A stretch of 63,985 bases of DNA, filler included, from an uncultured bacterium (lineage in GTDB: Bacteria > CAYJOG01): NCBI GenBank assembly GCA_964371695.1. It is 4 parts of 4 records of this genome, joined end to end, with 100 filler letters (N's around TTAATTAATTAA, not from the genome) between each part and the next. Parts side by side here need not be neighbours in the genome. Positions count along the whole stretch, not along the records: positions 35,647 to 52,528 come from CAYJOG010000012.1; positions 52,629 to 63,985 come from CAYJOG010000048.1; 2 more parts are not named here. One strand, given 5' to 3'. Made by a program: the position numbers and the translations under genes. Each line of letters starts with the position of its first letter. Position 1 is the stretch's first letter. A model generated the notes under the pieces. The model had not been told where the DNA came from, did not search any database, and was given only the letters and a program-made list of their open reading frames with translations. Shown here piece by piece: positions 47,945-55,969 of this stretch.

Positions 47945-48652
47945 ATGTCCAACGATTCCAGCCAACAGGTGTATTGGGAAGCCGAGCATGGCCACCGGGG
48001 TTATGACCACCCGGTGGTGGCGGCCTTTGCCCGTCAGCGGGTGCGGTTTATTGAAAGTTTTCTGAAGCTGGAGGAACTGCAAAACGCCCTGGACGTGGGG
48101 TGTGGCAGTGGTTTCTCAACCTATTACATGGGAGAAAAAGTGCCAGAGGTGTTTGGTGTGGACCGGAGTGAAAAGATGCTGGCAATGCACCCCCTGAAAG
48201 ACACGGGGCGGCTGAAATGTTGCAGCGCATTTGAATTGCCCTATGAAGACGGGCAGTTTGACCTGGTGTTTGGCTGGGAAATCCTGCATCACCTTTCTGA
48301 GCCGGAAATTGCGCTGAGAGAAATGGTGCGGGTGAGCCGCCGTTATGTGCTGGTGGCCGAACCCAACCCGCTGAACCCCGCGCAACTGGCGTTTTCCTAT
48401 CTGGACCCACACCATGCCTGGGTGCGGCGTTTTGGCATGGGCAACATGCGCCGGATGATGGATAAAAGCGGCCTCAGGCTGGGTTACAGCGCCAGCGGCG
48501 GCTGGTTGTTGCCCAATGTCACGCCACCGTGGCTGCTTGGTTTTTTGCTGCGCATTCCTTACAAACTGCCCTTTGGCATCAGCAACTGGGTGCTGGGCGA
48601 AAAAATCGCTCAAGGCGCTGAAAGCCAGCCCCAGGAGGAACCCGTTTCATGA
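47945..48652 (+). CDS. Class I SAM-dependent methyltransferase
   Basis: LDVGCGSG, 'GVD.S', 'LPY.D..FDLV', 'LHH'. Confidence 0.85.
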   Translation: MSNDSSQQVYWEAEHGHRGYDHPVVAAFARQRVRFIESFLKLEELQNALDVGCGSGFSTYYMGEKVPEVFGVDRSEKMLAMHPLKDTGRLKCCSAFELPYEDGQFDLVFGWEILHHLSEPEIALREMVRVSRRYVLVAEPNPLNPAQLAFSYLDPHHAWVRRFGMGNMRRMMDKSGLRLGYSASGGWLLPNVTPPWLLGFLLRIPYKLPFGISNWVLGEKIAQGAESQPQEEPVS

Positions 48653-49284
48653 ATGATTCATCTTCTCTTCAGGTGCGCTCCGGCAAAAAAAAATCGGTGC
48701 TGCAGGCGGTGTGGGATTTTGTGGGCATTCCCTTTCGGCTGGTGTTGTTTGATCAGTCCTGGTTGCCCCGGTGGCGGTGGACGACGCTGGAAGACGAGCG
48801 CCTGAACAGGGTGATGCCCTACATCCACGGGGACTTGCTGGATATTGGTGCAGGCCCCAATACGCTGGTGAAGCGTTATGGCCAGGGCACAGGCGTGCAT
48901 GTGGTGGAGTCGGGCGGTGGGGCGGTGGTGGTGCAAAACACGGCGGAGTTGCCGTTTGCCGACGCCAGCTTTGACACGGTTACCTTCATCGCGTGCCTGA
49001 ACCATATCCCTTATCGCGACAAGGCCCTGACCGAGGCCCGCCGCCTGCTGCGCCCGGGGGGGCGGCTGCTCATCACCATGATTGACCCCATCCTGGGCGA
49101 AATCGGCCACAAGATATGGTGGTATGGCGAAGACAAACACCGTCACGTGGAGGAGGGTGAAACAGGCGGCATGTGGACCAAAGACATCGTGCGACTGGCG
49201 GAGCAGGCCGGGTTTGTGCTGCGGCTGCATCAGCGGTTCGTCTATGGCATGAACCACTTTTATTTGTTTGAAATCAGGCAGTAA
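48649..49284 (+). CDS. Class I SAM-dependent methyltransferase
   Basis: LDIGAG, 'LPF.DASFD', 'R.LRPGG'; ATGA overlap. Confidence 0.8.
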   Translation: MNDSSSLQVRSGKKKSVLQAVWDFVGIPFRLVLFDQSWLPRWRWTTLEDERLNRVMPYIHGDLLDIGAGPNTLVKRYGQGTGVHVVESGGGAVVVQNTAELPFADASFDTVTFIACLNHIPYRDKALTEARRLLRPGGRLLITMIDPILGEIGHKIWWYGEDKHRHVEEGETGGMWTKDIVRLAEQAGFVLRLHQRFVYGMNHFYLFEIRQ

Positions 49285-49312
49285 CCTTGCCGGGCTATTC
49301 CGGCGGACGCAT

Positions 49313-49909
49313 TCAGCGCGCCACGGCTTCCATTTCCAGTTCCAGCGTCACGTCGTCGGCCACCACCAGCACACCATTGGCCATGCGGCCAAAGTTCAGA
49401 CCAAAGGCCTTGCGGTTGATGACGCCGCTCAGGCTGTAACCCATGCGTTTTTCGGGGCCACGGCCAAAATCCACCGTGCTCATGCCGTTGAATGTGCCCT
49501 TGAACGTCACGCTTTTGGTGGTTTTGCGAATAGTGAGGTTGCCGGTGACGGTGACATTTTTGCCCTTGTGCATAATTTTGGTGCTGGTGAACTTGATTTC
49601 TGGGAACTGGGCCGTGTTGAAAAAATCATCGCTGCGCAGGTGTTCATCGCGCCGCTCGTTGTTGGTGTCGATAGAGGCGGTTTTTACCACGCCGGTGACC
49701 TTGGTGAGTTGGCCCTTGGGGGTGGCGGTGAGGGCGCCGCTGAACTGGTTGAACATGCCCCGCACCTTGGACACCGCCAGATGCCGCACCGAAAAACCCA
49801 CCATGGAATGGGCCGGGTCCAGCTCCCAGGCCGCCCGGGCGTGGCTCAAAAAAGACAGGCTCAACAGCAGCGTTAGCGGCAGAACACGAAAAAAGCGGGT
49901 GCGGGACAT
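49313..49909 (-). CDS. YceI-family protein
   Basis: Signal peptide, 'D..HS...F.VRH', 'SIDT....RD.HL.S.DFF....FP.I.F.S'. Confidence 0.9.
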   Translation of the reverse strand: MSRTRFFRVLPLTLLLSLSFLSHARAAWELDPAHSMVGFSVRHLAVSKVRGMFNQFSGALTATPKGQLTKVTGVVKTASIDTNNERRDEHLRSDDFFNTAQFPEIKFTSTKIMHKGKNVTVTGNLTIRKTTKSVTFKGTFNGMSTVDFGRGPEKRMGYSLSGVINRKAFGLNFGRMANGVLVVADDVTLELEMEAVAR

Positions 49910-50028
49910 GAGGGATGCTCCTTGAGGGTTTCAGGCGGGGCCTGGGGGTGAAGGCCATTCTAACCCCTTTGCCGGGACCACCAAAAAAACCATCAATCCA
50001 CACAACGAGGGCATAACATGTTTCCCTC

Positions 50029-50502
50029 ATGTCAGCGCCGGTTCACCCCTTGCTCAACACCAGCCTGAACAGTCTGAACGCCATGCTGGCCAAAAACGGC
50101 CGAGGGCTGACGCCCGAAGAAACAGCGACCCTGAAACAGGTTTTTGGCGAGGCACTGGATTATGACCGCATTCGGATTCACGACAACGCATGGCCCACAC
50201 GGCTGAACAAAGGTCGCTCTTTTGTGGTGGGCGAGAATATTTTTCTGGCGGGCAAGGCCAAAGGCAGCCTGCGGGTGCTGATTCACGAAGCGGCGCACGT
50301 GTGGCAGTTTCAGTGTCTCCTGGGCTGGGCCTATCTGCTGCGCGCTCTGCCCGAACAGGCCGATTACGCCCTGGGCCGCTGCAATCCCTATGACTATGCG
50401 CCGGTGGAAAATCACCTGCCGTTCTCGGCCTGGGGCATTGAGCAACAGGCCCAGTGGATTGAAGAACACCGGCGCTTGCCCGGCGAATCATTCCGCCGGT
50501 GA
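50029..50502 (+). CDS. Small HExxH metallopeptidase-like (DUF4157-like) protein
   Basis: 'R.LT..E', 'FG..LDY..IRIH', IHEAAHVWQ, 'EQQA'. Confidence 0.6.
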   Translation: MSAPVHPLLNTSLNSLNAMLAKNGRGLTPEETATLKQVFGEALDYDRIRIHDNAWPTRLNKGRSFVVGENIFLAGKAKGSLRVLIHEAAHVWQFQCLLGWAYLLRALPEQADYALGRCNPYDYAPVENHLPFSAWGIEQQAQWIEEHRRLPGESFRR

Positions 50503-50748
50503 TTCGGGCTTGTCCTGGGTGTCGGGGGTGGTTTGACCCGCGCTCAGGTCCTGTGCTTTGGTGCTCAGCAGAATGGCGGCGATTTTGGCGTAGATGAACG
50601 CCCCCACCGGAATCACGATGACCCCCATGAACAGCAGCAGAATGCCCAGCACGCCAATCACGTCCACCAGTTTTTCGCGCAGCGTGTGGGTGTGGCCCGC
50701 ATGGACCAATGGCAACAGGAGCTGGAACAAACGCAGCAGCATCAACAC
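50488..50748 (-). CDS. Possible small membrane protein
   Basis: 86-aa ORF with a hydrophobic segment filling the intergenic space. Confidence 0.4.
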   Translation of the reverse strand: MLMLLRLFQLLLPLVHAGHTHTLREKLVDVIGVLGILLLFMGVIVIPVGAFIYAKIAAILLSTKAQDLSAGQTTPDTQDKPESPAE

Positions 50749-50791
50749 AGGCTAACGCAATTTGCCGCCTGCGTTAACATGCACCCGCAGC

Positions 50792-52174
50792 ATGACCCAT
50801 TCCCCGCCAGCAGCCTCTTTGCCGGTTCATCCGTGGTGGTGGCGGCTGCCGGGTCTGCTGGGGCGGGGGGCCGCCCTGGGGCTGATGGGGATTTACGCCA
50901 TTTTGTGCCTGCGGATTTTGTGGGATTTCTGGTGGGTGGATTGTGTGTATCCGGTGGTGATGGCGGCGGTGTTCTGGTGGTGGGCCGCCGAGCCAAAAGA
51001 CAAGCTGCGCAAAAAAACCGGCTGGGTGGTGTTGCTGGGCAACTTTCTGGTGGTGTGGCGCAACGTGAGCGGCGGGCCGGGGCTGGAGCCGCTGGTGGCC
51101 TGGGGGTTGTTCCGCCTGGCCCACCGGCGGCGTCTGGGGCGGGTGGGGCAAGGGGCCGTGTTGTGCGCGCATCTCACGTTTGTCATGGCCACCCGCACCG
51201 CCGTGCTCTACAACTTTGACACGCCCTGGTTTGCACCGGGGGTGGACCGCCAGAGCGGTGTGCGTGTGCTGATGACGGTGGACGACGCCCCTTACATGAC
51301 CCACAACATCCGCTTTGTCGCCGAAGACTGCGGCAGGCGGCACTGGCTCATCGGGGCCTCCACGGGGCCGCTGTTCATTCGCGTGAACAAAAAGAACTTC
51401 AAGGATTACAAATGGGTCAAGCGGGGCCGCAGCACCGACACGCTTTTTCAGGACTGCAAAAACAACCGCGCCTTTGTGGGGGATTACCGGGGCCACGAGT
51501 TGTATATGGTGGACACCCGCACCATGCGGTTGCTGTGGACCGGCAAAAACATGGGCCGCACCGCCACCGTCATCGGAGACCCGGACCTGCGCATGGTGGT
51601 GGTGAGCGAGGACTGGGGCGTGCATGTTTACCGGGTGGATTACCAGAACCTGAACAAACCCCGCGTGACGGTTTACCCCTTCAGCCAGCCCACCGACCCG
51701 CGTTACAGCCGGGCCACGGGCCTGCTTTATTTTGTGGGGGACCGGCTGGTGAAGGTGGACCCGTGGCAGGGCAAAATCCTGGCCTCGGTGGACCATCGGG
51801 GTTTCCCCGACCCCCACATCATTCTGGACGACACCCGTCAGGTGATTTACGCAACCAATTCCCTAAGCGGTGAGTTGAACATTTTTGACATGCACACTCT
51901 GGCCCACCGGGGCGTCTGGCCCACCCGCCTGGGCGACCGTTATCTGTTCTTCGACGAAAAATACGACGCCATCGTGCTCATCAACTATCTCAACGGCCAA
52001 CTCACAGCGCTGGACGCCGAAACCGGCGACGTGCTGGTGCGCCGACAGATTGGCCGCCGGGGGCGCGTGATCAACGTCACCCACGACGGCAAGGAGATTC
52101 TGGTGGCCACCCGCGTGGGACTGGTGGCCATTGAACGCAGGCTGTGGAAACACAAGGTCGATGGAGGAAGATGA
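50792..52174 (+). CDS. Membrane protein with C-terminal beta-propeller domain
   Basis: N-terminal TMs, then repeated beta blades (IYATN, 'L..LDA.TG'). Confidence 0.6.
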   Translation: MTHSPPAASLPVHPWWWRLPGLLGRGAALGLMGIYAILCLRILWDFWWVDCVYPVVMAAVFWWWAAEPKDKLRKKTGWVVLLGNFLVVWRNVSGGPGLEPLVAWGLFRLAHRRRLGRVGQGAVLCAHLTFVMATRTAVLYNFDTPWFAPGVDRQSGVRVLMTVDDAPYMTHNIRFVAEDCGRRHWLIGASTGPLFIRVNKKNFKDYKWVKRGRSTDTLFQDCKNNRAFVGDYRGHELYMVDTRTMRLLWTGKNMGRTATVIGDPDLRMVVVSEDWGVHVYRVDYQNLNKPRVTVYPFSQPTDPRYSRATGLLYFVGDRLVKVDPWQGKILASVDHRGFPDPHIILDDTRQVIYATNSLSGELNIFDMHTLAHRGVWPTRLGDRYLFFDEKYDAIVLINYLNGQLTALDAETGDVLVRRQIGRRGRVINVTHDGKEILVATRVGLVAIERRLWKHKVDGGR

Positions 52175-52231
52175 AGTCGGAAGTCGGAGAACGGAAGCTG
52201 GAAAAAAGAGAAGACCCCATTGTCCTCTGGC

Positions 52232-52258
52232 GTCATTCCCGCGAAAGCGGGAATCCAG
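52232..52258. repeat. dRS3-like repeat
   Basis: Identical to 35480-35506. Confidence 0.85.
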
Positions 52259-52297
52259 TTGAAACATAAACAGCACACCTTTTTCTGTTTTCTTTCA

Positions 52298-52528
52298 GTG
52301 GGGTGGGCGTCTCGCCTGCCTTTTATTAGAGCATTTTCGGAGTAGACGTGGACGCAATAAGAGCTTTTTTTCTTGCCCTCTCCCTGAGGGAGAGGGCAGC
52401 CGAAGGTTGAGCGAAGCGAAACCCGAGGCGGGTGAGGGGGAATGAGAACTTTTGAAAAAAGCCTGATTCTTTTTGCCCCGCCTGTTCCCCCTCACCCGCC
52501 CGTGACCTCACATCTGTTCGGTCACGGT
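52298..52528. repeat. Repeat cluster at contig end (GTGG REP plus long CCCTCTCCC-family element)
   Basis: GCCCTCTCCCTGAGGGAGAGGGCAGCCGAAGGTTGAGCGAAGCG... matches the reverse complement of about 55681-55750. Confidence 0.75.
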
Positions 52529-52628
52529 NNNNNNNNNNNNNNNNNNNNNNNNNNNNNNNNNNNNNNNNNNNNTTAATTAATTAANNNNNNNNNNNNNNNN
52601 NNNNNNNNNNNNNNNNNNNNNNNNNNNN
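52529..52628. other. Artificial contig linker
   Basis: N44-TTAATTAATTAA-N44. Confidence 0.97.
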
Positions 52629-52633
52629 CTATG

Positions 52634-52682
52634 ACAGCAGCGATGGGGACATCGCTGCGACTCATTTTGAGTCGAATGAACC
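52634..52682. repeat. REP-like palindrome at contig start
   Basis: CAGCGATGGGGACATCGCTGCGACTCATTT...ATGAACC, homologous to 17931-17981. Confidence 0.7.
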
Positions 52683-52688
52683 AGGGTG

Positions 52689-52940
52689 TTACGACTCATC
52701 TCCCGGCAGGCGTTTGCCACCGTCATAGTCGGTCTGGGACTGACCCCAGCGGATGCACTCCACGGGGCAGGACTCCATGGCTTCGGTGAGTTCGTCGTCG
52801 CTGATATCCTCGGTGGGCTGGTGGGCCACCTCTGCCAGAAAAGGATCTTCGGTCATCTCGAAAACCTTGGGAACGGTCTGGGTGCAGAGTTCACAGCCGG
52901 TGCATTCGTCGCGGGCCACATAAAGTGCTTGTCGTGACAT
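52689..52940 (-). CDS. Single-cluster ferredoxin
   Basis: CTGCELC...CPVECI; AGGAGG RBS before ATG 52940. Confidence 0.88.
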   Translation of the reverse strand: MSRQALYVARDECTGCELCTQTVPKVFEMTEDPFLAEVAHQPTEDISDDELTEAMESCPVECIRWGQSQTDYDGGKRLPGDES

Positions 52941-53153
52941 GTCGCCTCCTTGGGACTTGGAGCCTGGAATCAGGCGGGGGCATCTTACAGCAGGCTGAAC
53001 CCATTGCCGACTGGCTGGCAAGAAGTTTTTTATTCGGGTGTTTGCCCTCATGAAATCACCTATACAACCGACCTTGTTTCATGCTGACGTCGGGGGCAAC
53101 GCACCCCCATAATGTGGCCCGCACAGCGGGCGCGACCCGCGCCAGGAGTCTCA

Positions 53154-54506
53154 ATGGCCATTCATCAAGACGATGTTCTCAAAGTTCTTTCCCGCGTGAT
53201 GGATCCCGACCTGAGCCGGGACATTGTGTCGCTGGGGTTTGTCAAAGACGTGTCGGTGACCGGCGACGTGGTGAGCGCCACCATCGAGCTCACCACCCCG
53301 GCCTGCCCGGTGAAGGAAAAACTCAAAACCCAGGCCGAGCAGGAAATCCTCTCCCTGCCCGGCATCACTCAGGCTGTTGTCACCATGACCGCCCAGGTGG
53401 CGGGCCACGCCAGCCGCAAGGGCCGCAGCGCCATGCCGGGTGTGCGACACATCGTGGCGGTGGCCAGCGGCAAGGGCGGCGTGGGCAAGAGCACCACAGC
53501 GGTGAATCTGGCGGTGGCCCTGGCCCGCACCGGCGCCCGCGTGGGACTGCTGGACGCCGACCTCTACGGCCCCAGTTCGCCCCACCTGCTGGGGGCCTCG
53601 GCCCAGTTGCTGGGCAATGCCGAGGGGCAGATTGTGCCGCTGGAAAAGTTCGACATCAAAATCGTCTCCATGGGCCTGATGCAGGGCAGCGGCGCGCCGG
53701 TGGTGTGGCGCGGCCCCATCGCCAGCCGGGTGATACAGCAATTTTTGAGTGGTGTGCTGTGGGGAGAGCTGGACTATCTGCTCATTGACCTGCCGCCGGG
53801 CACGGGCGACATCCAGCTCACCCTGGCCCAGGCCGCGCCGCTGTCGGGGGCCGTCATTGTCACCACGCCCCAGCAGGTGGCCACACAGGTGGCGCAAAAG
53901 GGCCTGCGCATGTTTCAGCAGGTGGACGTGCCCATTCTGGGTGTGGTGGAAAACATGGCCGGTTTTGTGTGCGGCCACTGCAACGAAATCACCCACATCT
54001 TTGGCGAAAACGGCGGCAAACAAATGGCCGAAGAAGTGGGCGCACCCCTGCTGGCCCGTGTGCCGCTGGACAGCGCCCTGGCCAAAACCAGCGATGAAGG
54101 CGTGCCCGTGGTGATAGCCGCGCCAGACAGCCCCAGCGCCCGCGCCTTTGATTTCGCCGCCCGCGAACTGGCCCGCCAGCTGGCCATCCGAGAAAAAGGC
54201 GTGGGGCCGGGGCCACAGCGCATTGTGCCCGACCCCGACGCCCGCGAACTGGCCCTGAGCTGGGAGGGCGGCGCGGTGGACCGCATCCCCTACATCCGCC
54301 TGCGGGGCAACTGCCCCTGCGCGGAATGTGTGGACGAGCTGACCGGCGTGCGCCGGTTTGGCGAAGCCCAGGTGAAACCGGGCCTGGACCTGACCTCTTT
54401 TCACCCGGTGGGCAACTACGCCATTTTGCTCAAGTGGAGCGACAGCCACGAGACGGGCATTTTTACCTGGCCCCATCTGAAGAGGCTGGCCGAGGCCCAG
54501 GTGTAG
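53154..54506 (+). CDS. mrp: Mrp/ApbC Fe-S carrier ATPase with N-terminal DUF59-like and C-terminal DUF971-like domains
   Basis: 'DP....DIV.LG', 'TTPACP', SGKGGVGKS, DLPPGTGD, 'ENM..F.C..C'; C-terminal 'LR..CPCA.C...VGNYA....SD.H.TGI'. Confidence 0.9.
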   Translation: MAIHQDDVLKVLSRVMDPDLSRDIVSLGFVKDVSVTGDVVSATIELTTPACPVKEKLKTQAEQEILSLPGITQAVVTMTAQVAGHASRKGRSAMPGVRHIVAVASGKGGVGKSTTAVNLAVALARTGARVGLLDADLYGPSSPHLLGASAQLLGNAEGQIVPLEKFDIKIVSMGLMQGSGAPVVWRGPIASRVIQQFLSGVLWGELDYLLIDLPPGTGDIQLTLAQAAPLSGAVIVTTPQQVATQVAQKGLRMFQQVDVPILGVVENMAGFVCGHCNEITHIFGENGGKQMAEEVGAPLLARVPLDSALAKTSDEGVPVVIAAPDSPSARAFDFAARELARQLAIREKGVGPGPQRIVPDPDARELALSWEGGAVDRIPYIRLRGNCPCAECVDELTGVRRFGEAQVKPGLDLTSFHPVGNYAILLKWSDSHETGIFTWPHLKRLAEAQV

Positions 54507-54537
54507 GACAAAGTTACGCTTGATACCGTCCCCAATG

Positions 54538-54577
54538 ATGGGTGTGGTCATTTGCCCTCTCCCTCAGGGAGAGGGCA
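54538..54577. repeat. 40-bp inverted repeat, left copy
   Basis: 38/40 match to the reverse complement of 55727-55766. Confidence 0.8.
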
Positions 54578-54638
54578 TTTTCAGGCCGCCTTCCGGGTCT
54601 ACGTTTAGAAACGGCTTGGCCCGGACGCGTTTTTCCCA

Positions 54639-55508
54639 CTATCCCCCAAACTCCTCCAGGGTCTTCAGCACAATGTCGGCGATTTCATCGGGGGCCTCCA
54701 CCGGCAGGTGATGCCCCACGCCGGGCAGGCTGATCCACCGCTGCGGGTTCATCAGGTCCACCCGTTCCCTGGCGTCTCCCAAACCCTGAAAACTGCTGTC
54801 GGCCCCGTCCACATAAATCATGGGGGTCTTCAGGCTGGCCCAGATGTGCCGCGCCATCACCAGGGTAAACCGGTAAGGGCTGCGCTCTTTGTGCCGCCGG
54901 TCAAACCGCCACTTCAGGCCGCCTTCCACCGGCTGGGTGCCTTCTCGGGCCAGGTGCAGGGCGCGCTCGCGGGGCAGCGTGGGCACCGATTTCTGCAACC
55001 TGTCCGCCGCCTGTTCCAGCGTCACGGGCGGCCAGGGCTTGGGCGAAAGCCGCCCGTGATAACCCTCTACCCACAAACGGATGGTGCGGGTGCTCTGGCT
55101 GAAATCGGCGTCGGGCGGGCCGATGCCCTCCAGGTTGATGAACGCCGTCACGCGCTCCGGGAAAGCCGCGATGTAATAACTGCTCACCATGCCCCCCATG
55201 CTGTGGCCCACCACAAACACCTTTTCAGCCCCCACGTGGCGATAAAGCGCGTCGAAATCCAGCAGGTAATCCATGAACTGGTAACTGGCCCCGGTGACCC
55301 AGCCGCTGTGGCCGTGGCCCCGGAAATCCAGCGCCCACACGTCGGCCTTGTGCCGCACCTGCTGGGCGATCCACTCAAAGTTGGCGGCCTGATCCAGCCA
55401 GCCGTGAAAACACAACACGGTGGGGCCGACTCCGGGCCAGTGCAGGGCACTGAGGGGAAGGCCGTAGTGATTGAGGGTGACCCGTTCGGGGGGCGAGAGA
55501 ATGGCCAT
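54639..55508 (-). CDS. Alpha/beta hydrolase
   Basis: HGWLD, 'DFRGHG.S', GHSMGG nucleophile elbow, C-terminal GHH. Confidence 0.9.
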   Translation of the reverse strand: MAILSPPERVTLNHYGLPLSALHWPGVGPTVLCFHGWLDQAANFEWIAQQVRHKADVWALDFRGHGHSGWVTGASYQFMDYLLDFDALYRHVGAEKVFVVGHSMGGMVSSYYIAAFPERVTAFINLEGIGPPDADFSQSTRTIRLWVEGYHGRLSPKPWPPVTLEQAADRLQKSVPTLPRERALHLAREGTQPVEGGLKWRFDRRHKERSPYRFTLVMARHIWASLKTPMIYVDGADSSFQGLGDARERVDLMNPQRWISLPGVGHHLPVEAPDEIADIVLKTLEEFGG

Positions 55509-55570
55509 GTCGGGGGGTTACTTTAGAGCAAAATCCTCTTGAACGTAGACTCAGAAAGTGGCTCGGACAT

Positions 55571-55766
55571 GCCCTCTCCCTGAGGGAGAGGGCGGGACAA
55601 GGCCGAACAGATGTGAGGCCGATGTCCGGGAGAGGGGGAAAGAAAACACCTGTCGAAACAAAGGTTTTTGATAGGCCCGCCGTTCCCCCTCACCCGCCTT
55701 GGGCCTCGCTTCGCTCAACCCTCGGCTGCCCTCTCCCTCAGGGAGAGGGCAAATGACGACACCCAT
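55571..55766. repeat. CCCTCTCCC-family composite repeat, including the right 40-bp inverted repeat
   Basis: Two GCCCTCTCCCT(G/C)AGGGAGAGGGC palindromes with arms homologous to 52375-52528. Confidence 0.8.
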
Positions 55767-55832
55767 TATTTGCCTAATTCAAGCATGACCTTGCCGTGCA
55801 GGCACCATGAAATACCCAGCAACCCCGCACAT

Positions 55833-55861
55833 AAAAAACCGGCCCGCGTGAGCAGGCCGGT
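55833..55861 (-). terminator. Rho-independent terminator
   Basis: ACCGGCC...GGCCGGT stem followed by a T-tract on the minus strand, after the large lipoprotein gene. Confidence 0.6.
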
Positions 55862-55969
55862 GGTGAACTCAACAACAGAACGAACAGTGTCACTTTCGGT
55901 CCACCTGATTTAACAGGAGTAGCGGTGAGGACACCGCACCTACTCATTATTTTCAATTCATCTGAAACG

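Noticed and set aside
53154-54506. Three-domain Mrp fusion beside a ferredoxin
   Set aside because: DUF59-Mrp-DUF971 architectures are already known in Fe-S biogenesis.
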